This document shows, one piece after another, positions 46,527 to 55,433 of a DNA stretch of 64,000 nt (position 1 is the stretch's first letter; the number at the start of each line of letters is the position of its first letter). The position numbers and the translations under genes were made by a program. The notes beneath the pieces were generated by a model, which was given only the letters and a program-made list of their open reading frames with translations, did not search any database and was not told the DNA's origin. Source of the stretch: an uncultured Eubacteriales bacterium (GTDB taxonomy: Bacteria; Bacillota; Clostridia; Oscillospirales; CAG-272); the NCBI GenBank assembly GCA_934462825.1, contig CAKSIP010000004.1, positions 19,710 to 83,709 of the forward strand, read 5' to 3'.

Positions 46527-47423
46527 TTAAAAATTCCGGTCGGAAAGCATACGTTCCAATAGGTTCATTTTCCCGACGGAATATTCATAGGCGCCTTTGT
46601 AATCGCCGCACTCCCGACAGCAAATCTCCCGATCTCCGAAAACGTCATACAATATGCCGCGGCAGGTTATGTCATTTCCGGCAATCAGCTGCTCCAGGCG
46701 CAGACCGGCGGCATGGTACTTTTTTTCTCCCATTTCCAGCCGGGCGCGAATGTGCTCGGAAAATTCCTTTTCCGAGGGGGACGCAATTTGCAGGTAGTGC
46801 TGTGCTATGGCTGTGTCGCCTTTTTCCAGACCCCACAGCACGTATGCGTACTTGCAAAAAGCATCGGCGCCCAAAAAGGTTCCCTCATAATTTTCATATC
46901 CGGCATCGGAGCAAAGCGTTTGCGACAGCCGCGCCATATAGCGAAAATATACGGACGCCATGGCCGGAATGGATTCATCCCGATAGAAATTTTGCTTTTC
47001 TCTTTCGCAGGCCTTATCCAATTCCGCACAGGCTTCATGGAACCTTCCCATGTCGAAGGCCTCTCGCCCCAAAAACAGATGGCATTTCGCCGTAATCATC
47101 CAAATTTCATCATCCGGCCCGACGGAAAGAAGCTCCTGACACCGCGCCAGACACAATTTGTACTCACCCGCCGCATATGCCTGTTTGATCCGCGCCATTT
47201 CTTCGCTTTTGCGATACATCAGTTCTTCCTGATCGCGCGCAAGCAAAAGTCCGGCAGGAATATCGAGGCGCTCCGCCAAATACAAAATGGTCGAAAGCGA
47301 CGGAAGGGCGCTACCGTTTTCAATCAAGCTGAGCATATTTCGTGTAATTTGATCGCCGGCCAAGGCCGTTTGCGTCATTCTTCGCTGGTTCCGAAGTGTT
47401 TTGATTTTTTCTCCGATTTCCAT
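46527..47423 (-). CDS. XRE-family HTH transcriptional regulator with TPR-like C-terminal domain
   Basis: N-terminal HTH (IKTLRNQRRMTQTALA...NMLSLIENG) followed by ~230 aa of helical-repeat sequence. Confidence 0.75.
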   Translation of the reverse strand: MEIGEKIKTLRNQRRMTQTALAGDQITRNMLSLIENGSALPSLSTILYLAERLDIPAGLLLARDQEELMYRKSEEMARIKQAYAAGEYKLCLARCQELLSVGPDDEIWMITAKCHLFLGREAFDMGRFHEACAELDKACEREKQNFYRDESIPAMASVYFRYMARLSQTLCSDAGYENYEGTFLGADAFCKYAYVLWGLEKGDTAIAQHYLQIASPSEKEFSEHIRARLEMGEKKYHAAGLRLEQLIAGNDITCRGILYDVFGDREICCRECGDYKGAYEYSVGKMNLLERMLSDRNF

Positions 47424-47533
47424 AGCTCCCTCCCCTGTTTTGCGTTATTGTAACACATTTTCAGAGGGAAATCAAGGGAAAAGGTAAATTTTATTAACTG
47501 CTTTTAAATTTTGACCTTCTTTTGCAAAAAGGG

Positions 47534-47562
47534 TTTACATCCCTCTTTTTTTGCGCTATAAT
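47534..47562 (+). promoter_or_regulatory. sigma-A promoter TTTACA-17-TATAAT for xpt
   Basis: -35 at 47534-47539 and -10 at 47557-47562. The leader is only ~40 nt. Confidence 0.7.
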
Positions 47563-47606
47563 ATTGCGTATAAGTTGAGAAGCGAAAGGTTGGTAACGAA
47601 AAAAAA

Positions 47607-48182
47607 ATGAAGCTTTTGGAAGAAAGAATCAAAAAGGACGGGCAAATCCTACCCGGCGGCATTGTAAAGGTAGACAGTTTCCTCAATCACTGCATGGATA
47701 TTGACCTGATTGACAAAATGGGGGCTGAGTTCTACGAGGCATATAAGGATTGCGACGTGACGAAGATTCTCACCGTGGAGGCTTCCGGCATCGGAATTGC
47801 TTGCCTTGCCGCACGTTATTTCAAGGTTCCCGTGGTCTTTGCCAAAAAAAGTGCGTCCTCCAATCAAAGCGACTCTCTTTACACCGCCAAAGTCCATTCC
47901 TTTACACGCGGTGCCGATTTCATCATTCGCGTAGACAAAAAATACCTGTCCCCTCTTGACAACGTCCTGATTATTGACGACTTTCTTGCCAACGGCGAAG
48001 CGGTTTTCGGAATGAATGAAATCCTTCGTCAAGCAGGCGCGCGCAACGTCGGAGTAGGTATATGCGTGGAAAAGGCTTTCCAGCCCGGAGGGGATCTCGT
48101 CCGTAAAGCCGGTATTCCCCTGTGCTCCTTAGCAATCATCGATATTGACAAAGACGGAAATGCGTTCTTTATTCAAAAATAA
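47607..48182 (+). CDS. xpt: xanthine phosphoribosyltransferase
   Basis: Xpt-type N-terminus MKLLEERIKKDGQILPGGIVKVDSFLNH and PRPP motif VLIIDDFLANGEA. Confidence 0.9.
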   Translation: MKLLEERIKKDGQILPGGIVKVDSFLNHCMDIDLIDKMGAEFYEAYKDCDVTKILTVEASGIGIACLAARYFKVPVVFAKKSASSNQSDSLYTAKVHSFTRGADFIIRVDKKYLSPLDNVLIIDDFLANGEAVFGMNEILRQAGARNVGVGICVEKAFQPGGDLVRKAGIPLCSLAIIDIDKDGNAFFIQK

Positions 48183-48220
48183 AGCGTTTCCCCTGCGTTC
48201 GTCATCGTTTCTATACAATA

Positions 48221-48261
48221 GGGAGTGTTAAAAAACGCAAAATGCGTTTTTTAACACTCCC
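48221..48261 (+). terminator. xpt terminator
   Basis: 19-bp perfect stem GGGAGTGTTAAAAAACGCA/TGCGTTTTTTAACACTCCC, followed by TTTTGCTTT. Confidence 0.85.
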
Positions 48262-48293
48262 TTTTGCTTTATCACTACCCCCGGCATCATAAC

Positions 48294-48337
48294 AAAAAGG
48301 TGTTAAAAACCCCTGTGGGATTTTTTAACACCTTTTT
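48294..48337 (-). terminator. hydrogenase operon terminator
   Basis: 16-bp stem AAAAAGGTGTTAAAAA/TTTTTAACACCTTTTT around an inner CCCC..GGG stem. It lies 8 nt after the hydA stop. Confidence 0.8.
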
Positions 48338-48344
48338 TTAGCGA

Positions 48345-50090
48345 TCAAAGACCGCGTTTGATATAGTGCGTATGAAGAACCTCATGGGCCTTATGGCTAT
48401 TCGGTTCACCAAAGTACTCCTCATACAGTTTCTTCACGGCAGAGTTTTCGTGCGACTTGCGCAGATCCATATTCTGATCGGCCGAATAGAGCACGGCCGC
48501 TCTCTTTGCGCGCAAATCAATGGTATTCCGTACAGAAGCGGGCTGGTGCGGCTGACCGCCACCGTTGACGCATCCGCCGGGGCATGCCATAATTTCGATA
48601 AATTGCACGTCCACCTCACCGACTTTCACGGCATTAAGCAGCTTCTTGGCGCAACCGGTACTGCTGGCCACAGCCACCTTCAAATCCATGCCGCCCAGCT
48701 TATACTGAGCAAATTTAATACCGTCGATACCTCTGACATCCTCAAAGTCCACCTTTTCCAGCGGCTTTCCTTCAATAACCTCGGCGGCTGTACGGAGAGC
48801 TGCCTCCATAACGCCTCCGGTGGCACCGAAAATGACACCGGCGCCCGATCCGATTTCAAAAGGATTGTCAAACTTGGCATCCTCCAGCGCACGGTAGTTG
48901 ATACCTGCGTGCGAGATCATTCTGGCAACCTCGCGGGTGGTAATGGCGATGTCCACATCCGCTACGCCGGCTGCGGCCTGGCCTTCTCTGCCGACCTCAA
49001 ATTTCTTGGCTGTACAAGGAATGGCCGACACGAACACAATGTCTTTCGGATCAATTCCCTCTTTTTCGGCGAAATAAGTCTTTACCATTGCGCCGAACAT
49101 CTGCTGAGGCGATTTGCAGGTGGAAAGATTGTCGGTAAATTCCGGGAAATAATGTTCGCAGTATTTAATCCATCCGGGAGAGCAGGAAGTAATCATCGGA
49201 AGAACGCCGCCGTTTTTCACGCGGCCGAGAAATTCCGTTGCTTCTTCCATAATGGTAAGATCCGCCGTAAGGTTCATGTCAAACACGCCGTCAAAGCCCA
49301 AACTCTTGAGGGCGGCAATCATCTTGCCTTCGGTATCCGTACCCGGCTCATAGCCGAAGCACTCACCAATCTGAGCGCGCACGGAGGGCGCGGTGCAGAT
49401 ATAAACTTTTTTGCTCGGATCGGCCAAAGCAGCCGAAACCTTATCGGTATCATCTCTTTCATACAAAGCGCCGGTGGGGCACACGGCCGTGCACTGACCG
49501 CAGTTGATGCAGGAGGTTTCCGCCAAATTGGCACGGAAAGCCGAACCGATATTGGTATCAAAGCCTCTGTCATTCGCTCCGATCACGCTGACAGCCTGCA
49601 CATTTTTACACATGGCAACACAACGACGGCACAAGATGCACTTGCTGTTGTCGCGGATAATAGCGGGCGACGAATCGTCAATCACCGATTCGGTTTTAAC
49701 GCCCTGAAAATGCTTGGAGTCCACTCCGTAATCACGGCAGAGCTTCTGAAGCTCGCAATCCGTACTACGAACGCAGGACAAGCAATCCTGATTGTGATTG
49801 GAAAGCAAAAGCTCCAAATTGAGCTTGCGGGCATGGGTGATACGGGGGGTATTGGTTTTTACTTCCATTCCCTCGCTGACGGGATACACGCAGGCCGTCA
49901 CCATACGGAACGGTTTTCCGCCCTCCGATGCCTCAACCAAGCACATACGGCAAGCGCCGATTTCGTTAATTCCCTTCAGGTAGCAAAGGGTAGGAATATC
50001 AATATGAGCTGCTACCGCCGCATCCAGCACTGTGGAGCCTTTGGCTACCTCATAATTTACACCGTTGATTTTTACATTTACAGTTTCCAT
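48345..50090 (-). CDS. hydA: [FeFe]-hydrogenase catalytic subunit (group A3, bifurcating type)
   Basis: N-terminal 2Fe-2S and ferredoxin-type clusters. H-cluster motifs TSCSPGW, PCTAKKFE and ACPGGCVNGGGQP. Confidence 0.95.
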   Translation of the reverse strand: METVNVKINGVNYEVAKGSTVLDAAVAAHIDIPTLCYLKGINEIGACRMCLVEASEGGKPFRMVTACVYPVSEGMEVKTNTPRITHARKLNLELLLSNHNQDCLSCVRSTDCELQKLCRDYGVDSKHFQGVKTESVIDDSSPAIIRDNSKCILCRRCVAMCKNVQAVSVIGANDRGFDTNIGSAFRANLAETSCINCGQCTAVCPTGALYERDDTDKVSAALADPSKKVYICTAPSVRAQIGECFGYEPGTDTEGKMIAALKSLGFDGVFDMNLTADLTIMEEATEFLGRVKNGGVLPMITSCSPGWIKYCEHYFPEFTDNLSTCKSPQQMFGAMVKTYFAEKEGIDPKDIVFVSAIPCTAKKFEVGREGQAAAGVADVDIAITTREVARMISHAGINYRALEDAKFDNPFEIGSGAGVIFGATGGVMEAALRTAAEVIEGKPLEKVDFEDVRGIDGIKFAQYKLGGMDLKVAVASSTGCAKKLLNAVKVGEVDVQFIEIMACPGGCVNGGGQPHQPASVRNTIDLRAKRAAVLYSADQNMDLRKSHENSAVKKLYEEYFGEPNSHKAHEVLHTHYIKRGL

Positions 50091-50106
50091 CTCTCAGCTT
50101 CCTTTC

Positions 50107-51921
50107 TTAACCCTTGGAAATTGCGCCGAACTTACATCCGGACATACAAGCACCGCACTTCACGCACTTTGTCGAGTCGATAACCAGCGAAGGAAGCTTG
50201 TGACCGGGAGCCACATAGTCGGTCTTGGAAATAGCATCCACGGGGCAATTTTTAGCGCATTTGCCGCATCCGATACATTTTTCTTTATCAATTGTAAAGC
50301 TCAGCAGCTTCTTGCAAACGCCGGCCGGGCACTTCTTGTCCACGATATGCGCAATGTATTCGTCCTTGAAGTAGCGGAGCGTGGAAATAACGGGGTTCGG
50401 CGCCGTTTGCCCAAGGCCGCAAAGCGATGCGCTCTTGATGTAGTTGCAAAGCTCCTCCATGCGATCAATATCCTCAAGCTCTCCATTGCCGGAAATAATT
50501 TTGTCAAGGATCTCAAGCAACCGTCTGGTTCCCACGCGACAAGGGGTGCATTTTCCGCACGATTCATCCACGGTAAATTCAAGGAAGAATCGAGCAATAT
50601 CCACCATACAGTTGTCCTCATCCATGACAATCAATCCGCCGGAGCCCATCATGGAGCCAATCTTAAGCAGGTTATCATAATCAATCGGAGTATCAATCAA
50701 GGAAGCAGGGATACAACCGCCCGAAGGGCCTCCTGTCTGAGCGGCCTTAAACTTTTTCCCGTTCGGGATGCCGCCGCCGATTTCTTCAATGATTTCACGC
50801 AGTGTAGTACCCATGGGGATTTCAACAAGGCCTGTATTTGTAATTTTTCCACCGAGAGCAAACACTTTCGTGCCCTTGGATTTTTCCGTTCCCATAGCGG
50901 CAAACCAGGAAGCGCCGTTCAGGATAATGGGGCAGATGTTGGCATAGGTTTCCACGTTGTTCAGGATGGTAGGCTGACCGAACAATCCTTTGACAGCCGG
51001 GAACGGAGGACGGGGACGGGGCTCGCCGCGATTTCCTTCAATCGAAGTCATAAGCGCCGTTTCCTCGCCGCAAACGAAAGCACCGGCGCCAAAACGAAGA
51101 TGAATATCAAAGTTAAATCCGGTACCGAAAATATCGGTTCCGAGGAGTCCGTGCTCTCTTGCCTGCTTAATGGCAACTTCCAAACGGTGAATGGCGATCG
51201 GGTATTCGGCGCGGACATATATGTAACCTTCATCGGCACCGATGGCATAGCCGGCAATGGCCATAGCCTCCAGCACGGAATGCGGATCTCCTTCCAGGAT
51301 CGAACGATCCATGAATGCGCCGGGGTCTCCTTCGTCCGCATTGCATGCGACATATTTTTTCACTTTGCCGCGATTGGAGCAGGCAAATTTCCATTTCAGA
51401 CCCGTCGGGAATCCGCCGCCCCCTCTGCCGCGAAGGCCGGAATCCAAAACGGTTTGAATCACTTCGTCCGGCGTCATTTCCGTCAGCACTTTGCCGAGTG
51501 CACGATAGCCGTCGCGTCCGATGTATTCTTCAATATCTTCGGGATCAATCATGCCGCAGTTACGCAAAGCCACGCGGTGCTGCTTTTTATAGAACACCGT
51601 TTCGGACAAAGAGGTTACTACGTGATGATCCCCGGTTTTTTCGTGATATTCAATACGGGTAACGGGGCGTCCCTTCAAAAGATGCTCCTCCACGATTTCC
51701 GGAATATCCTCCGGCTGAACCATGCTATAGAAGGTTCCGTCGGGATATACGATCATAACCGGGCCGAGGGCGCAAAGGCCAAAGCAGCCGGTGGTGACCA
51801 CCTTGACTTCATCCTGAAGATTTTTTGCCTTCAGTTCTTTTTCCAACACTTCTCTGAGCGCAGTACTTCCGGACGACGTACAACCGGTACCTCCGCAGAT
51901 CAGAACATGAGAACGTATCAT
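50107..51921 (-). CDS. hydB: NADH-binding flavoprotein subunit of hydrogenase (NuoF-like, HydB/HndC)
   Basis: Thioredoxin-like 2Fe-2S N-terminus, NuoF FMN/NADH core (GRGGGGFPTGLKW), and two C-terminal 4Fe-4S ferredoxin motifs. Confidence 0.9.
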   Translation of the reverse strand: MIRSHVLICGGTGCTSSGSTALREVLEKELKAKNLQDEVKVVTTGCFGLCALGPVMIVYPDGTFYSMVQPEDIPEIVEEHLLKGRPVTRIEYHEKTGDHHVVTSLSETVFYKKQHRVALRNCGMIDPEDIEEYIGRDGYRALGKVLTEMTPDEVIQTVLDSGLRGRGGGGFPTGLKWKFACSNRGKVKKYVACNADEGDPGAFMDRSILEGDPHSVLEAMAIAGYAIGADEGYIYVRAEYPIAIHRLEVAIKQAREHGLLGTDIFGTGFNFDIHLRFGAGAFVCGEETALMTSIEGNRGEPRPRPPFPAVKGLFGQPTILNNVETYANICPIILNGASWFAAMGTEKSKGTKVFALGGKITNTGLVEIPMGTTLREIIEEIGGGIPNGKKFKAAQTGGPSGGCIPASLIDTPIDYDNLLKIGSMMGSGGLIVMDEDNCMVDIARFFLEFTVDESCGKCTPCRVGTRRLLEILDKIISGNGELEDIDRMEELCNYIKSASLCGLGQTAPNPVISTLRYFKDEYIAHIVDKKCPAGVCKKLLSFTIDKEKCIGCGKCAKNCPVDAISKTDYVAPGHKLPSLVIDSTKCVKCGACMSGCKFGAISKG

Positions 51922-51941
51922 TTTTTTATCCTCCTCTGATA

Positions 51942-52310
51942 TTACTTCATGGCACCGGCCGTATATTTTTCAACGACCTGCCCGTTTTTTAAATGCTTTT
52001 CCACAATTTCAGCCACCATATCCGGTGTCACTTTTACATAGGTAACTTTGTCTTTTCCCTTTTCAAACACTTCAACGACCGGCTCCTGCTCGCAAAGACC
52101 GATGCAACCGGTTTGCGTAACAACAACCTTTTCGCCAAGGTCTGCTTTGTCAACCGCCTCAACAAAGGCGTTCAACAGCGGTCGTGCGCCTGCTGCAATA
52201 CCGCAGGTTGCCATTCCGACCGCCACGCGGATATCGCTTTGGTTCTCACGCATAGCCACAGCCTTTTTCATTTTATCTCTGAGGGCCGCGAGTTCCGACA
52301 ATGATTTCAT
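51942..52310 (-). CDS. thioredoxin-like [2Fe-2S] ferredoxin (HndB-like)
   Basis: 122 aa with Cys motifs CGIAAG...CIGLCEQEP. Conserved position in hydrogenase operons. Confidence 0.8.
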   Translation of the reverse strand: MKSLSELAALRDKMKKAVAMRENQSDIRVAVGMATCGIAAGARPLLNAFVEAVDKADLGEKVVVTQTGCIGLCEQEPVVEVFEKGKDKVTYVKVTPDMVAEIVEKHLKNGQVVEKYTAGAMK

Positions 52311-52327
52311 ATCAAAATCCTCCCGTT

Positions 52328-52891
52328 TTATTTTTCTGATTTTTTTCGGTATTGCTCATGAAGAAATTCCGAAATCCAGCATAGGATCTCATATTCCGAC
52401 AGGGGGATGTCCCCGCCGAGCGCTTGTTTCAGCTCCGCTGTATCCAACCGAACATCCGCCTGTTCCGTCCGATGCCGGAAGGTTATGTCCACATTGGGAT
52501 GTCCCTGAAGAAGGGTACACAGCGTTTCCACGATATTGCCCATCGGGGGGCAATCCACATGGTCGGTGCAAAACACGGCCGTCAAAGTGGTTCCGTGGTG
52601 CGTCGGGTTTTCCCGTTTCCATACAGAGTCAAGGGCAAGGCTTCCGCCGGTACGCTCGGCCTCTGCCCGCAGGAGAGACAAGCCCAACCCGACCTTCCGT
52701 GTTTTTCGTGTTGTAAAAAACGGATCGGTTGCCTTTTTCAGCGTTTCTGCGTCCATGCCGTCCCCGTCGTCCGCGACTGTAAGAATCAGCTGTCCCGGCC
52801 TGTCCTCGAAAAGATCAATCCGCACATGCGATGCGCCGGCCGTGATGGAATTCTGTACAATATCCAACAGATTCAGGGAAATTTCTCTCAT
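52328..52891 (-). CDS. stand-alone GHKL (histidine-kinase-like) ATPase domain protein
   Basis: N-box LLDIVQNS, G1 DDGDGM and G2 GLGLS motifs. There is no HisKA/DHp or sensor domain. Confidence 0.7.
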   Translation of the reverse strand: MREISLNLLDIVQNSITAGASHVRIDLFEDRPGQLILTVADDGDGMDAETLKKATDPFFTTRKTRKVGLGLSLLRAEAERTGGSLALDSVWKRENPTHHGTTLTAVFCTDHVDCPPMGNIVETLCTLLQGHPNVDITFRHRTEQADVRLDTAELKQALGGDIPLSEYEILCWISEFLHEQYRKKSEK

Positions 52892-52906
52892 AAGCTTATA
52901 TTTTGG

Positions 52907-53404
52907 TCAATCCTTGTACTTGGCAAGGATGCCGGGAATATCCTGAGGGGTAAGACGACCGTAAACGTCGCCATTCACGCAAAGAACAGGGGCCAAACCG
53001 CACGCGCCAATGCAGCGGGTTGCCTCCACTGAATATTTTCCGTCCTTCGACGTGGAGCCAGCTTCTACGCCAAGCTCCTTAGCAATTTCGTCCAAAAGGG
53101 CCTGCGAGCCTTTTACATAGCACGCGGTTCCGAGGCATACCGAAATGGCATACTTTCCGTTGGGATTCAGTTTGAACTGCGAGTAAAACGTTGTGATACC
53201 GTAAATTTCCTCCAAGGAAGCACCGGTTTCACGCGCTACGATCTTCTGCACCTCAATCGGAAGATACCCGTAAATCTCCTGTGCCTGCTGAAGGATCAGC
53301 ATCATAGAGCCTTTGGTATCCTTGTAATCACGAATGATTGCTACCAGCTTTTCTTCCTGCTCTTTGGTACCGTGAAAATCAACAGTCGTCAAACTTTTTT
53401 TCAT
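52907..53404 (-). CDS. hydC: NuoE-like [2Fe-2S] subunit of hydrogenase (HydC/HndA)
   Basis: CLGTACYVKG and CIGACGLAPV cluster motifs. First gene after a TAGACA-17-TATAAT promoter. Confidence 0.9.
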   Translation of the reverse strand: MKKSLTTVDFHGTKEQEEKLVAIIRDYKDTKGSMMLILQQAQEIYGYLPIEVQKIVARETGASLEEIYGITTFYSQFKLNPNGKYAISVCLGTACYVKGSQALLDEIAKELGVEAGSTSKDGKYSVEATRCIGACGLAPVLCVNGDVYGRLTPQDIPGILAKYKD

Positions 53405-53510
53405 GGTAATTATTCCTCCTGGTTTGATTTTTCAAAAATACTTGTGGGAATCAAACGTCATCCTTTTACCGGTTGGCCGAAAAGCGTCCGTTTTTTGCCC
53501 GTATTTTATA

Positions 53511-53539
53511 ATTATAATACTTATTTGTTATTTTGTCTA
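53511..53539 (-). promoter_or_regulatory. sigma-A promoter TAGACA-17-TATAAT for the hydrogenase operon
   Basis: -35 at 53534-53539 and -10 at 53511-53516 on the minus strand. The leader to hydC is ~100 nt. Confidence 0.65.
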
Positions 53540-53642
53540 TAGTTTTTTACAAATTTCGTTTGGAATTTTCTTTTTTACAACATTTTTCCATAGTGAGAAC
53601 GGAGTTTTCGTTTTTCCGCTTGCGAGCTCCCGAAAAAGCCGT

Positions 53643-54002
53643 TTATCTTTTTGCTTCATCAAGAAGCTTCCCCAAACGGTACGCCGCTTCAAAGGCGGAA
53701 AGAGAGGTGCGAAAAATACCAATGCCCTCTTTCTTCGCTTGATCCAGGCAATCGGCCTCCATCGTTATATTTTCCGCCAAAAGGATTCCGCTGACTTGCA
53801 TCAAAGAAGCCACCGCGATCACATTTTTATGCGACAGAACGGTAATCCAGAGATTTCCTTTGGAAATATGGCTCATCACATGGCTCAGAAGATCGCCGCA
53901 GTATCCGCCGGTCACTTCAATATTTTGCGGAGGAAGGAAAAACACCTCCCAATGCATCGTTTTCGCAAGGGTTTTCAGCGTTTGTTTCATTTTTATGACC
54001 AT
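53643..54002 (-). CDS. DRTGG-domain protein
   Basis: Contains VTGGYCGDLLSHVM and AVASLMQVSGILLAE segments typical of DRTGG domains. Start is ATG 54002 or 53990; the ORF-track start at 54077 was rejected. Confidence 0.6.
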   Translation of the reverse strand: MVIKMKQTLKTLAKTMHWEVFFLPPQNIEVTGGYCGDLLSHVMSHISKGNLWITVLSHKNVIAVASLMQVSGILLAENITMEADCLDQAKKEGIGIFRTSLSAFEAAYRLGKLLDEAKR

Positions 54003-54202
54003 TCCTTTCTCCCCAACGCGGAAATTTTGGGCGGTTCCGGCTTGCCGGAATGGCAGTCGCCCCAACCGCCAAGGCACAAAATTTTTGTCTGAAACTTTAT
54101 TTTCAGACTTTCTCCACCGTATTTTACTTTTTGTCGGCGCATCAAAAGACTTCGCTGCCGGGGGGTTCCCCGTGCGAAGTTTTTTGGAAATGGACGGAAA
54201 GC

Positions 54203-55075
54203 TTAGCCTTGCTGCATTTTTCTTTCCACTTTTTCGGCCAAATGTTTAGCACACTCACACATAAAGCGTGCGCCCTTCGGCTTTAGCTCATTATCAAAAT
54301 TATTCAAGAAGAAGCACGCCTCCAGCGTGATTTCCCCCGCATAGCGAACCTCGGCCAAGGCGTCGCACACGGCGTCCCAATTGACTTTTCCCAGCCCCGG
54401 CAGAGTATGCAGATCCTTTTTATAATCCACGTCGTGCACATGCAAGGCGCCCAAGCGGTCACGCCCCAAAATTCGGATAGCGTCCTCCGGCTCCCGGCCG
54501 CAAAGCGCCACATGTCCGATGTCAAGGCAAACCGTAAACGCATCCGGCGCATTGAGGCAATCATAATAATCGCAAAGCTCGTAAGGGTTGGCGCAAACAT
54601 CATCCACGATATAATGATTGATCGGGTGAGACTGCCACATGTTTTCAATGCCAATACGCACCCCTGCATCACGTGCCAAAGGAGCCAGGGCATTGTAAAA
54701 CTCCAGATTCATCTCAAAAAGCTCTTGCTCATGGCCATAGTATCTTCCCCGCTGGAGCGGATGTACTACGACGGTTTTAATTCCGAGGCGACCGGCAAAC
54801 GCAAACACCCGTTGCATCTGCGGCACGAGGACGGTAGTATAGTGGTTATATCCCCCGCCAAACGGCGCGTGTGCCTGATTGAAGATCACGCCGCGGCTCT
54901 CTGCGTAGTTTTTCAGCCAATCTGCTGTTTCCTTCCAATCGTCCTCAAAAATATAATCGTAATGATCGGTCATAGAAAGATCCAACGCTTTGAACCCTGC
55001 ATCCATCAGCAATCCGATGCCTTCTTCCAAGCCAAAGCTCGATACCATACTGCCGGTTTCTGTTGAATAAAGCAT
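54203..55075 (-). CDS. sugar phosphate isomerase/epimerase (xylose-isomerase-like TIM barrel), second copy
   Basis: HAPF, VVVHP, GIEN, LDIGH and HVHD motifs. Start at the ATG at 55075 behind a GGAGGAG SD; the ORF-track extension to 55279 was rejected. Confidence 0.8.
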   Translation of the reverse strand: MLYSTETGSMVSSFGLEEGIGLLMDAGFKALDLSMTDHYDYIFEDDWKETADWLKNYAESRGVIFNQAHAPFGGGYNHYTTVLVPQMQRVFAFAGRLGIKTVVVHPLQRGRYYGHEQELFEMNLEFYNALAPLARDAGVRIGIENMWQSHPINHYIVDDVCANPYELCDYYDCLNAPDAFTVCLDIGHVALCGREPEDAIRILGRDRLGALHVHDVDYKKDLHTLPGLGKVNWDAVCDALAEVRYAGEITLEACFFLNNFDNELKPKGARFMCECAKHLAEKVERKMQQG

Positions 55076-55106
55076 ATTTTCTCCTCCGAAAATCAAATGT
55101 AAGTTC

Positions 55107-55135
55107 ATTATATCGATTTTGTCGGCAATTGTCAA
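55107..55135 (-). promoter_or_regulatory. consensus sigma-A promoter TTGACA-17-TATAAT for the second TIM-barrel gene
   Basis: -35 at 55130-55135 and -10 at 55107-55112 on the minus strand. Confidence 0.75.
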
Positions 55136-55325
55136 GAAAAATCCAAGATCCCTGCTTTTTTTCTGTTCAAAATTACAAATGCGCCTCGGGTAAAACACCG
55201 ACGCAGGCACAAAAGAAGGCTTTGCGTACAGGGTGCCTTCCTTCCCAAGCGAAGCTGCGAAAGCAAAAGCGGCATGCAAGCCGCATGCACCTCCAAGCGT
55301 AAATCGAAATGGGATTTACGCGGCT

Positions 55326-55365
55326 CGAAAATATTTCCTGCGACAAATCGCAGGAAATATTTTCG
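55326..55365 (-). terminator. hairpin downstream of rpsI
   Basis: 18-bp perfect stem CGAAAATATTTCCTGCGA/TCGCAGGAAATATTTTCG with loop CAAA. Confidence 0.65.
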
Positions 55366-55433
55366 CAGCCAAGTGCATACGAAAAGAATGTCGCTTTTGT
55401 ATAAAATATAGTTTTCTCGCAAAAAATCGAAGC

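Noticed and set aside
47424-47606. Expected purine (guanine/xanthine) riboswitch upstream of xpt.
   Set aside because: The TTTACA-17-TATAAT promoter at 47534-47562 leaves only a ~40-nt leader. No three-way-junction aptamer sequence is present.
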